Source of the DNA: Camelus dromedarius | Taxonomy: Eukaryota | Reading direction: 5' to 3' | Length of the DNA: 64,000 nucleotides | Assembly (NCBI RefSeq): GCF_036321535.1 | Contig: NC_087453.1 | Coordinates: forward strand, 24,738,001 to 24,802,000 | Shown: positions 12,621 through 24,437 of the stretch, one piece after another | Layout: every line of letters begins with the position of its first letter | Position numbering within the stretch: the stretch's first letter is position 1 | Notes under the pieces: model-generated | Told to the model about the DNA's origin: nothing | The model's input: the letters and a program-made list of their open reading frames with translations, nothing else | The model's database searches: none | Made by a program: the position numbers and the translations under genes

Positions 12621-13479
12621 TGACCCATGGCTAGTCCAGGGAATGAAAAGAAACCACAGGGTGGCCTCAGATTTGGGGCTGGGCCTGTGGAGGGCATGAC
12701 CTCAAGGTCCTTCAGGCAGCGGGCTGCCCTGGGAGTAGGCCTCCTCTCCCTCCCCATTTCCCAACGCGAGAAGCCCACCCAGGCCCAAGCCCGGCCTCAA
12801 GTGCAGGGTGAACAGCTTTGGTACCATGAGCCCCAGGTAGAAGGGAGCCTCAGGAGGTACAAGGAAGGGCAAGGCTTGGGTTTCAGAAATGCAGGAGTGG
12901 CCAAGGCAGGAATAGCCCCAGGCCAGCACGCTGCGTTCAGCCCCAGAGGGGCAGCTTTTTCAGCCCCGGAATGCTCAGCTTCGGCCCAGAGAGCCTAGCC
13001 CCACCCCACCCACTCCAGCCACGCCCTGAAGCTGTGGGCTCAGTGCAAGGGATCAGGCCTTCTTCCTACCTTGTGCAGGGGCTGCTCCAGCCACACCTCT
13101 GCAGCCATGGGGAGTGACAAGATCCCCCCAGTTCCCAAGACAGTTCCTGGAGGCCCCGGGTAAAACTCAAACAATGGCTGGTGAGCAAAGGCTCCTAGGA
13201 CTCTTCAGAAAACACTCTTCACTTCGTAAAACCCCAGTATATGAAGGGTCGCCTCCCCCTCTTTCTCCCCAGGCCACTGCCTGTTGCCTGACTGCCTGCC
13301 TTCTAACCCTCTGCCTGGAATAATCCTCAGTCCCTCATCCACACCTTCGCCTGGGTCTCTGCCCTAGAGGACCTTTTTCAAGGTAGCACAACCCAACCCC
13401 ACCCCCACCCATCTGAGCAGAGGCCTGAAAATCTTCAAAACGATCCCCTTTCTCATTTCTGGTATCATTTGATATCTCT

Positions 13480-13585
13480 GTTCCCCACCTTACAAGGGCA
13501 GTGACTGTTTTTGCCAAACACTGTGTCCCCAGCACCCAGCCCAGCTGTGTTCAGTTTATGTTTGTTAAATGAATCAATGACCAAA
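13480..13585 (+). mobile_element. L2 LINE 3' end
   Basis: ctgtgtccccagcaccca...tatgtttgttaaatgaatcaatga is typical of an L2 tail. Confidence 0.6.
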
Positions 13586-16379
13586 CTAAGAGGAGCCCAA
13601 GCATGGGCCTCGGCTGGGCCCTCTAGGCAGATGTGGCACATCAGGGCCAATGACTTCCCCGGAGGCTCTCAGGAAGAGGAACTCCCCACCCTGCTCTCTT
13701 AGCCAACCCCTGCCCGGAGGGCACTCCCCTCCCCCCATTTCACAGACTGGGGCCTAGTACTGGGCAATCGTCTAGCCTTGCCACAATCAGCTGTTATCTG
13801 CCCCTCTGCCCCTACCTGGAAATGGGAAGTCCACCGAATGCAGGACCCTTATCACTGGCACCGCCCAGAGCTCAGGACAGAGCAAGCACTCAGGCACTGC
13901 CTGCAGCCCTTGGGCAGCGAGAACACAGAGCAGGGATGCAAGTGACTTCAGGAGCCCAGAGCAGGCTGGAAAAAGCTCCTTTCATAGCCGAGAGCCCTGC
14001 TGGTCACTGCGCCTGTGAGCCTGACTATCGTCCACATACAATTCTTCATCAGAGTAGGAAGGAGAGGGCGTTGGGCCTCCTCCTGCTGCAGGTGTGTCCA
14101 TCGGGAACCACTAGGTCCCCTTGAAACCCCAGGCCTCCTCCTGTGCCAGCCAAGTCTTGAGGGTGGCCCAAGCAGCACAGCCCCTGAGAGGCAGCACGGG
14201 CGTGGAAAGGACCCCAGAAGTCCTGGTGCAAATGCAGGCTGCATGGAAAAGTTACTTCATGTCCCTGTGCCTCAGTTTCCTCATCCACAGCACAGGCATA
14301 AGCAGTGGCCTCTTCCTCAGTGGGTTTGCAGCAGCTGGTGCCTGAAGCTCTGTGACAACACTCCCCACTCCACCCCCACCTTTGCAAAGCAAATCCCCCA
14401 AAGGACTAGCTTCCGAAGCAACAGCAATTTCAGCATTAAAGAGGCACTTCAGGCCAATCCTGGAACAGCCTAGAATGGCCCTCGGGGTGGGCCCCAGGGA
14501 CTTCAGCCTTCTCAGAAAACAGCTCAAGGGTTGAGGGGTCTCCCCCTCCCTTCCCTCATCCTGCCTTCCCCTCCCCCACTCACAGGCCAGCCAGGTCCCC
14601 TGGGATTGTCAGAGAGCAGACTGCTGGAAGCCCGCTGTACCCCCTCAACCAGAAGAGCTCATAAAGAAGATGTAAAGATGTACATCCTGGGAAATGCCCC
14701 CACCTGGCCAAAAAATGAAATACACCCCCTACCCTAGATGGGCTGTCAACAGGTCAGGGGCAGTACCATGGCCAGTCACAGGACCGAGAGGGCTGGAAAG
14801 CTGGAACAAGGGCCTTGGGGGACTTTTTCAGCTCTCAGTTACTCTGACAGAAATTGGGAGAAACGTCTCTTTGAGAAACAGAGAGCTGCTAGCTCAGGTC
14901 CCCCTCGTCTTTAGAGAGAAAGGCTGCTTTGAGGTTATCCTACCCCGGGCAGGCGTCAGCCAGACCCAGTGGAGCCTCTGGCACAAGGAGCAAGCGCAGG
15001 GACATGACAGATAGGCAGATGGACAGATGGACAATTACATGGGAACCCAGAGTTCTCAGCTCCTTATATTCCTGCCCTGCAGGGTGCTAACTACTACTCC
15101 AGGATGTCACATGCTGGAGCCCAGGGCTCCAGACTCAGAGGGAAGGCTAAAGACAGTCTGTCCATGGCAAAGTGGAGCTCCAGAATCTGCCACCCTCATG
15201 CCCTCCACCCCACAGCTTACCACCACACCACCTCTCTGCCCCAGAGGCAGCCTCCAAATCCCAGGCATCACAGGGCCAGCCCCAGCTTGTCCTCTGCTTT
15301 GTGACTAGGGGCATGCTTCTTGGGGCTTTGTTTCTCATTCATCCCTCAATCCCCATTGCCAACCTTTTCAAGGACTTTCTGAGCCAGGAATTCTATAACC
15401 TTCCATCCTCCCTCTCCCAGCTCAGGGCTCAGTCCTGGCTTAAGCACTCAGTCCCAGAGAAGCCTCTCATGAAAGCTCAAGCATGTAAAAAGAGCACCCA
15501 TCGAGGCCACCCTAACCTGCTGACTCCAGAACCTGACATAGGAGTGGGCACACAGTGGGGTGGACCACAAACCTAGAACAAGGCCTGGAAAAGCAAGGCT
15601 GGAGGTCAGGAGTGGTTGTGACAGTTTTACATCAATTCAGTATGGCTGTGACTCCATTTCCTCCTCCCTCCAGCAGGGCAAAGTTGTAAAGATAAATATT
15701 GGTGTTCTCTCTCTCAGAAACAGGTGGAGCAGGAGTGAACTGAGGAAGAGACCCCCAACATCCCACACCCTCTTGTCTCCCCAAGAAGTGCTGCCCTCCT
15801 CTCCAAAGCACCTCCTCCCCATACCCCCAGCTATAGGGTGCTTAGACATCTCTGGCCTCCAGGCCACTGCCCCACCCAGGCCCCGAGAAGTAGAGGCCAG
15901 GCCAGGTCCAGGGGACGACAGCTGCTCTTGACCTTCTTCAGCTCCCCGGGCAGAGAAATGCCCTACCAGCACTTCCCAAGCCAAGATTCAAGAGGAAAGG
16001 CAACCCAAGGCCTCCCTTCTCAGTCCACCAGGGTCACTGCCCACTAACAGGAACACTGGTCCAGAACCTAAACAGAACCGCCCTGCGCTGTAACAACGAG
16101 GAGGTGGTGGCCAAGCTCCCGGAAGCACCAGGGGCCCAGAGTATAGGAACCTGTATCCTCGCCCGCCTCCATCCCTGTGGGTGTGGCGCCCCCATCCCCA
16201 CCTCATCCTCATCTTGTAAGGGGACAGATGCGTTTGTACGCCCCACCATCGCACCCCTTCCGGGCTGCGAGGCGGCAGTTCTGTTCCCCAGAGATAATCC
16301 TGTGCCGTCCCCACCCTCACCTCTTCTGACGCAGTAGTCTCCGGAGTTCGTACTCTCCGACATCACCGCCCTCCTCCCT

Positions 16380-17700
16380 GAGGGTGCCGAGCCACGCGAG
16401 GTTCAGAGAGGCTCTCGTCCAAGGTCACACAGCGAGGTGGTGACAATAGCAGTGGGAGGGGGGAGTTGCTGACGGCGCTGACCCCGTTAGGCCCCCGCCC
16501 TTACGGTGTCACACGTGCCCCTGCAGCGCCCCGCGGAAAACACTCCAGCTCCACCAGCTAACGGTCACTGCAGCGCTGGGGCCTGACATCTCCCCAGTTC
16601 AGGTACCAGGGAGCCCTCCATGGCCCAGCTCCGACAGAGGAGGCCTCAAGCCCCAGCCCGATAGGGTCCCAGGCACCAACTACCTAGAACAGCGGCTCCA
16701 CCACGAGGGGATCTCCGCGATCTGGGCGGAACCGGGAGGTGGCAGAAGGGAGAGCAGTCTCACCGTGTGGGGAGTACCCCGAGGACAAGCCAGGCAGGGA
16801 CGACCGCGGCAGCGGTGGCGGCGAAGGCGGCAGCGGTGGCGGTCGAAGCTGCAGCGGGGGCTAAACGCCGAACACGAGGAGGGAGCCCCGCGCCGCCGCC
16901 TACTGCCTCAAGGGCACACCCCCAACTCCTCCTATTGGCCGACTGGGGGGGTGGGGCGAGGCCTCCTATGGCCAATAAGCGGGCCCTAGAGAACCGCCGA
17001 CAGGCGACGCACCACTGTGTCACCTGCAGGAGGCCTGCGGCTGCGCCTTAAGAGCCCACACCCCAGGGCCCGTCGAGTTCTCGCGATGAAGTCATCCAGG
17101 CAGCCCGGTGTGGCCAGGGGCCAGAATCGCACAAAAGCAAGAGAAAGAGGAAGAACCTTGAACAGGCCTTGACCGCGTCCACTTTCAGCCTCGGAGTTTG
17201 CACCTCCCGTCTCCGCCCAACTTGAAGGGGCGTCCCCTGGGCTCGACGCCCTCATAAGGTGGGGCTCAGGACTAGGTGGGGCAACTGACGCTCTCCTCTC
17301 TTCCTTGGCTTCCTGGCCCGCACTGGCAGTCGTTACGAGCATCGCTCAGTCCTCTCCAGGACCCGAGGAACGTTATATCCTTCCCGCTTCGCGATCCCCA
17401 GGATTCGGCATCTTCCCCTTCCGTCCCATGCCCCTGCCTCGGAGGAAGCTCTTCCTCACGGACCTGAGATGCGTCCAGGGAGCCTGGCCAGCCCGGATAA
17501 GCATCAGAACAAAAAAGGCACGCAGGGTGGGTGGGGAGAACCATGCAGGCGCCCCCCGGGGACCGCAGCCTCTGCTCCCCGTCTCCATGGAGGCGGTCGC
17601 CATGGCAGAGAGATGCGCCTAACACAGCGTTGCGGAGTGGGATGTGGGCGCCTGCACAGAGCCTGGGAGCGAAAAACGTGGCCCTTGGGTCTTAAGGGTT
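16380..17700. promoter_or_regulatory. CpG-island promoter of ADISSP with two CCAAT boxes and a GC box
   Basis: CpG-rich; ATTGG at 16934-16938, GGGGCG at about 16953-16958, CCAAT at 16972-16976. Confidence 0.75.
16764..16900 (-). other. ADISSP: Probable non-coding exon 1 of ADISSP
   Basis: Donor GTGAG on the minus strand at 16763-16759 inside a CpG island, with promoter elements just upstream. It would splice to the exon 2 acceptor at 10632. The 5' end is approximate. Confidence 0.65.
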
Positions 17701-18364
17701 CTAGCCGCTGCTCCGCCTGCTGGTCCTTAAAAAAAAAAAAAAAAAAAAAACCCTTCCCATCTCGTTAGCTGGAACAGGTCCCTCAAGTACCTGCGGGGAA
17801 TGGTTCGGAGCATGGCTCCGTCCTTCCAACGTTAACTAGGGGTGAAGATAGTATGGGGGACTGAGGGCCAGCTTCCTTTCAGAAAGACCGGGGAGGCAGG
17901 TTTTGGGGACCCCCCAAGGCTCCTACCCTCCGCTGGATCCCTGGTGGCCCCTAACTTCTGGTCTCTGGTCTACACACTGCTGGCAAATTAACCTTACTGA
18001 GCTGTTGTTTCTATCTCAACCTCCCCTGCTCCAAAGCGGCGTGATCTGGGACTGTCTCCAGCAAAGCCTCAAACTTTTTAGCATCATTTTGTGATGGGTG
18101 CACACTCTAGCGTTTGAGATACTATCCTCCATCGCACGTGGTCATTGGGAGATTTACACATTCTGATCCCAGCACATCCACTGTTGCCAAATGCTTTCTC
18201 ACTACCCAACCCCACCATTCCATGCACCCCACTATGCCTCCCCCACAGTTGTATTCCCATGTCTATTCTATTCAAGGTCTAAAGTTGGCACACAGTGTGC
18301 CCAAAGTAGGCTTCAGATGTATTTTGTTTAGCCCACATGGGGCTTTTTAAAATTCTGATTCATG

Positions 18365-18433
18365 AGGGGTGGCTGTAGCTCAGTGGTAGAGTGCATGCTT
18401 AACATGCACAAGGTCCTGGGTTTAATCCCCAGT
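18365..18433 (+). mobile_element. tRNA-derived camelid-type SINE (Vic-1-like)
   Basis: ggggtggctgtagctcagtggtagagtgcatgcttaacatgcacaaggtcctgggtttaatccccagta, with Pol III A and B boxes; same family as the copies at 57.5-60.2 kb. Confidence 0.85.
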
Positions 18434-19429
18434 AAGTTAAAACAAACACACACCAGGCAACACAAAACAAAAATTCTAATTCTTCTTACTCCTCCTCCAC
18501 TTCCTCATCCTCTTATTCCTCTTTTGAAGTATCAGAAGATCTAACAACATGGACTGAATTCCAGTCTAGTTATCAAAGGCTGGCACATCAATTTACGATA
18601 GTCCTCACCGATCCCTGTTTTCTCACATTTATTTTACCTTCTTAGTCTATGCAGACATTTGATACCCTCCTTATGCTACCTCCCCACTTAGAATGCCCCT
18701 CCCAGTCTCCTTCCCTAGGCAAAACTCACTCTTCCTTCTGGGCCAGGTTAAGGCCTGCCTTTTTTATGTCTTTCTAGACACCTTCTGGTATGGGCTCTTT
18801 CAAACACATGGACTAGCTACTAACTGTGCACTGCCTAGGGCCAACTCCTTTCAATAAATATTTACTAAGTATATATGATGAGGAAGTTACCGTGCTAGGC
18901 TCTGGAGTTAAAGGCACTCACAGTTTAGGGTGAGACATACACCACACAAAAAGAACTATGGTCTCCTTTGCCTTCCAAACCCTCCCCACACTCCCAGGCA
19001 CTGGACTGTCTGGCTGACTGGCCAACTGGGAGGACCTGCAATACAGAGCTTTCCATGCCCCTGAGGATACTACAGGCTCCCAGGGAAGGCCCCAAAGCCA
19101 TAGTATAAGTGCAGATGGTTCCAGAAGCCTCCAGGAGGAAATGAGACTTTTCAGGACAGGAGGAAGTCAGGCTAGGAGGTACATGGCTGCCATCGAATCC
19201 CAATAGGCCTGTGTAGCAAGAAGGATGGGGGAGCTGACATCAGGCCCTGGGACTTCCTGTGCAAATGGATCTACCAGAGCCAGACGACTGAGGGAAGCCA
19301 CAGGCTCAGTGGAGATGGGTGATATGTGGAGGAAATATGAGCAACTCCAGATTAGGAGAACAGATTGAGCATATGTTAAGCATCCACTCCAAACACATGG
19401 TTTTCTGGACTCCATTCTCTTTAACAAAA

Positions 19430-19615
19430 ATTAAAGAACTATAACCTCACTGGAAAACTGCTTGGCAATATCTAACAAAGCTGATAAATTCCAACCCTGT
19501 GACCCCAAAATTTCACTCTTAGTTATGCACCAAAAGACATGCATATGACATGCACCATTTGTAATAGCCCCAAACTGGAAACAACCCAAGTGTCCAACAC
19601 TAGAATGAATAAGCT
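19430..19615 (+). mobile_element. L1 ORF2 3' end fragment
   Basis: ggaaaactgcttggcaatatct...gccccaaactggaaacaacccaagtgtcca is an L1M hallmark. Confidence 0.75.
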
Positions 19616-19682
19616 CTCTGCTTTCTCAGAAGTAACAACTATCTTAGGTTTTATCCTTTCATTGTATTTTCATCCTCATGGC

Positions 19683-20193
19683 TGTTAGCTTCTAAAATGG
19701 CTCCTGGTGATCCCTGCCTCCTGGTATTCACACTCACGAGTACCTCTCCCTTTGAACATGGGCTGACTTACTTTTAATAAATGGAATACCACAAATGTGG
19801 ATTATCACTCCTGTGATTATATTAGATAAGATTGTAACTTCGATCTTGTTGGCTTAATGAAACTAGCTGCTATACTGGAGATGGCCACAATGTGGCAAGG
19901 ATATGAGGGCAGCCACCAGCCAATAACCAGCAAAAGCTAAAGACCCCAATTCAACAGCCACAAAGAACTTAACTATCAATAGCCAAGTGAACTTGGAAGT
20001 CAGTCCTTCCCCAGTCAGGCTTTCAGATGAGACCACAGCTTTGCCCAACACTGATTGCATCCTCGTGAGAAACCCTGAAGCAGAGGACCCAGCTAAGCCA
20101 TGTTTGGACTCAACCCACAGAAAATATGAAATGTGTGCTGTTTCAAGCCACTAAGTTTGTGGTAATTTGTTACACAGTAAGATAACTAATACA
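19683..20193 (+). mobile_element. ERVL-MaLR solo LTR (MLT1F/G-like)
   Basis: Starts TGTT and ends AATACA; contains cagatgagaccacagc and tgctgtttcaagccactaagtttgtggtaatttgttacacag, characteristic of MLT1. Confidence 0.8.
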
Positions 20194-20867
20194 TGTTCTT
20201 TTCAGTTCTTTTGCTATTGCAAAGAGTGTTGCTATGAACATTGCTGTACATGTGTCCCAGAATACAGAACCCAAGAGATTAAGTTTCTCCTGGGTATGCT
20301 GAGTGTATGCCTAGGTCTAGATGAGGGGTGTCAGGATTTTCAAATGTTCAGTATTGAAGTCAGTAGATGATCAGAATTAGGGTCACACCAAGGCCATGGT
20401 ATCTTGGTTGGGATTGGGAGTCAAGCTTGGCCTTGATCCACAGAACCTGGGATCAGTCCGTGGGAGGGCTGTGAATCATACAGAGGACAGATTTAGGGGT
20501 GAGTCCATAAGCAAGGTTGAGAGTGCCTGTGTGGCTATATTTATGGGAGAATCTGAAGCTTGGGTTTGGACAGGGTTGGAGGACCCTGTGAAGGTAGGCT
20601 TCACAGGGTCAGTGGGGGTGTGGGGGTCAGTCTAAGGCCAGAGTTAGAAGCCAGGCTGTCCTGGTGCACAAGACCTAACCCCTGGTTGTATCATCAACCT
20701 ACCAAGCAGTGGCCATCTGGCCCAGTCATCCATAAGGTAAGACCCACTCTGGGCCCAAAAGGCCCTTTCACTCAAGGGGTGAGGGGGCAGTACAAGAGGG
20801 ACAGGAACTTGCTGCCTTCAGGGACCCAGGCAGAGAGAGAATGCAGGCACGGGAAGGAGAGCACACC

Positions 20868-20873
20868 TTTAAT
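20868..20873 (-). terminator. SPEF1: Candidate SPEF1 polyadenylation signal (ATTAAA)
   Basis: TTTAAT on the plus strand about 670 nt past the stop codon; no AATAAA seen nearer. Confidence 0.45.
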
Positions 20874-21538
20874 GGAGGCAACCCTGTCCCATGTCCCCCA
20901 AACATTCTCAACATACCCCATGGGAGGGAGGGCTACTAGAACAGGCATAGCCCATGTCTTCCCCACTCCTGGCTGAGCTCACTCCTCACCCCTTCTTCTC
21001 CAGTTGCTGTGTTCTCCAGCCTCTAGATGGGTCCCAGGTGAGTGCCCAGGATGGGCAAGGAAGCCCCTCAGCTATCTGAGGCAGCTTTCCCCATTGCCCA
21101 GCAGACAGAGGACTAGCCTGGATGGAGCTGCCGCTGTCTTCAGAGCAAGGCGGGGACCTGGTTCTAGGGGTGTGGGCCAAGCTGGGGGACCACTCCCCAA
21201 GGCCCAGCACAGGAAGCACCAAAGTACAGCCCCTGGTGTTGGGCACTGCTTTGGGGTGCAGGCCAGGTCTCTGCATGTGGCTTCTGGGTTCTGGAAAGTG
21301 GTCCAGTCTCCTAACTCGGATGGAGTGTAAGGAGGTGGCTCAGTCCCAGGGCTCAGCTGTGGGGGGTTCCTGTCCCACTGCCCCCAACGCTCACCCACAC
21401 CCCAAGGGAGGGGGCGCTCCTGTCCCAGGCTCATTGGAGTTGCTGGCTCCGCCCGCCCATTCGTTAGTCTGTCAGTGGGTGCGTTGGCATCTGGGCTCCG
21501 GCGGATACTGGGGCGTGCCCACGCACTGTGGCCTCTGC

Positions 21539-24040
21539 TCACCGCTGCTTACGCTCCGCCTGCTGGAGCCGCCTGGAGAGGTCTTCGATGCGCACGTTCT
21601 TGAGCTGGAGCAGGTGCTCCAAGCGTTTCACTTTCATCTGCAGCACCTGGGCCAAGCCACGCAGAGGTCAAGCCCAACGCCCTGCCCCTGCCTCTCCAGG
21701 CCCCAATCCCCCGGCACCTTCCCAGTGTGTCCTCACCTGCACGGTCTCCTGTGAGGCCAACAGCTCCTGCTCTTTCTCAGCGATCTGGAGGATGAAGCTT
21801 GGGTCGCCCTGCAGCGCCTGACTATACCCCGGAGGCCGGGGTGCAGGCTGATGGTCCACCCTGGGGTGAGAGGTAGCTTAGCAGAGGCTTGGACCTCGGG
21901 CCCCACCCTCACCCTTCCTTGGCCAGGCATTCCCTTCCCTCCTTACCTTCTCCCACCTGTCCCTGACTTTCCTACATTTTCACCCTCACCTCCCAGGCTG
22001 CATGGGGAGATTACCAGGCCTGGAGAGGTCAGAACTCCCAGCTTCTTTACCTGAGCTGGCCCCTTCCCTGGGGGTCCAGGGCAGCTTCCCCTCCGGCCTT
22101 CTGGGACAAACCTGAGAAAAGGCAAGTGGAGGAGTAACCCTGCTGGAATCCTATTTTCCTGTCTTCCCCCTTCCCACCCACCCCTACCCCTGCCCATAGG
22201 AAGGAAGGACAGGAGGAAAACTCCTCATGGGAGGGAAGAAAAGGAGAGGCCACTTTACCCACATCCATGTATTCAGTGCCATCCTGGGGAGCCAGCTCCT
22301 GAAAGAACCCCCAGTGTCTGCTGTGAGCTCAGGCTGCCACCTCCAAGGAGCTCCCAGACCAGGCACCCTTCTCCCACACTTATCATCAAGACAGGGCTTT
22401 CTGCTGCCTGGGAAGCTCCACCAGAACAATGTGAGAAGCTGAGTGGGATGGCACCTGTAAGGAGCTAGCGCCCTGCTTCCTGCGCCTCTGCCTCTCCTCC
22501 AGGCGCTGCCTCAGTGGAATAAGCACCAGCTCCACCATGCCCGGGGCACACTGTGCGATCTTACGCATCACATCCTCTGGTACCGAGAAGTTTAGCTTGT
22601 TCAGAACCTTCCTGGGGGGTAGACACAGGGATGGTGGACTGGGTCCTGGGGGAATGAAGTGAGGGGTGTTGGGGAGGGAAGGGGTGCAGCAATTGTAGCC
22701 GTTTCAGAGTGCAGCTCTTGGGGAATGCAAGGCACCCAATCTGAGCCCAGTGTTTGGGTCTCCCAAGGGTCCTTGTTGCCTCCTCAAAAGAAGAATCCTT
22801 TGATTTTGTCACTGATAGATTCTGTCTGCATTGTCCCTCCCCACCATTCCATCAGTCTGGGCTGGGAGACCAATGAAGGAGGTGGAGGGGCTGGGGCAGC
22901 CCTTCCTGGGTTCTCAGGGTAGGGGGCTGGAGAGCCCACTAGTGCACCCAAGTATTCTACCTGTTCAAGTGACTCCAGTTGCTGAGCTTCTGCTGGAGAG
23001 AGTTGGCAGGGACATAATTGTGCATCTCCACCATCTTGGGGAAGTAAAACTTGATGACCTCTGCGACCAGGACTGAGGGAGAGGGGGGTGCGGGCAGGCA
23101 TAAGTGTGGGGAAGGGGAAGGGAGAAAAAAGGTGAGGGGTGGGGTGGGGAGAATCAGGGGTGGCAGAGTGGTGGGGACAAGTGGAGAGGTGGAGATGTGG
23201 AAAGGGGGAAGGACAACGGGGGGTGGGGGGGAGAAAGCAAGATCAGTGATCAAGAGACTAAAATTCCAGCATACCCCAGGGGAGCTGCATCCCTTCATCA
23301 TTAACTCAGAGCACATGAAAACTAAGGTCCCTGGTCCTCTACGAGAGAATGAGTCTCCAAGGGAACCCTTCAGGAGCCTGGAACCTCACCCTAGGAATTG
23401 ACATAAATACGCACACATACACACACAAAAGCACACAGAGAAGCAGAAACAATACACAGACGCATACATCCATCATTGGAGTTCCAAGAGACAGTCACTA
23501 ACACACATACACAGAAGAGTCACATATGCACCAATATACACAGAGATGCATACTTCTGTTATTAAAATCCCAGGAGACAGTCTTCAACAGACACCTACAC
23601 AGTCACAAAGAAACATTCACACAAGACCCCCCACACACACTTACAGGATAGAACATATGAACACACATATGCTCAGACTCCCACAAGACAGACATATAGA
23701 ATACAGCAATAAGTGTGCACACACACAGATGCACAAATACATACAGAGACACACTTCTTAGTCATTAAAGTCCCAGGAGGGACTCACAGAATCAGAAACA
23801 CACTCACACACACCACACATCCATAAAGGATAGAACATGTAGACATATATACAGAGACACACACACATGCCCACATTCCCACAGATGCACACTTCTACAA
23901 CTGAAGTCCTAGGAGGTTCTGTCCCACCAACCCGCCTCCACCCCACCACCACAAGCACACAAACCCAAAGAGACATGTATGCACACAGACTCCTTACACA
24001 CGCGAACATACAGGACACACTCAGGTGAGCGCGGGCGCGC

Positions 24041-24102
<62 letters not shown>

Positions 24103-24219
24103 GCACAAACCTCCGTCACTGAAGTCCCGAGAGAGATTTCGCTTGGGCCGGGACAGAGGTATGTTGTCTACCCACAGGTACAGCTGGTGCAGCGCTTCCT
24201 CATCCACGCTGCTCGCCAT
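21539..24219 (-). CDS. SPEF1: Sperm flagellar protein 1 (CLAMP; CH domain plus coiled coil), 236 aa
   Basis: Seven exons: 24219-24111 (MASSVDEEALHQLYLWVDNIPLSRPKRNLSRDFSDG), 23072-22961, 22611-22455, 22298-22259, 22111-22051, 21860-21737 and 21646-21539 (ends AERKQR, stop). Total 711 nt; all GT-AG. Confidence 0.97.
24043..24100. repeat. Perfect (AC)29 microsatellite
   Basis: 58 nt of AC repeat beginning 10 nt inside SPEF1 intron 1. Confidence 0.97.
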
Positions 24220-24379
24220 TGGCGCCCTCGTCAAGGTCAGGCCGTTCCAGCTGTGCAGCGTCCAGCCCCAACTTCACGACCCCTCAAGAGCTTCCTCTCT
24301 CTACTGCAGCCGCCCAGATCCACCTCAGCCTCTCTAACCCAGACTCCGGTCCCAGCTGGGAGCGGCCATATTGTTTTCT

Positions 24380-24437
24380 GAAACCATGGCAACCACATTA
24401 GACTCGCCGGGGAGCAGGGACTTCTGGGAGTTGTAGT
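24380..24437. promoter_or_regulatory. SPEF1 proximal promoter: RFX X-box plus ZNF143/THAP11 motif
   Basis: GAAACCATGGCAAC at 24380-24393 (X-box like); ACTACAACTCCCAGAAG on the minus strand at 24437-24421. Confidence 0.7.

Noticed and set aside
16767-17051. Poly-Ala ORF on the plus strand at the ADISSP promoter
   Set aside because: Translation of the GCG-rich repeat; non-ATG start.
18365-18433. Possible tRNA gene
   Set aside because: It has A and B boxes, but the stems are degenerate and it matches the repeated SINE family seen five times in the window.
21122-21754. 210-aa ORF antisense to the 3' end of SPEF1
   Set aside because: Starts at a real ATG but mirrors the coiled-coil exon, and has no supporting promoter or splice structure.
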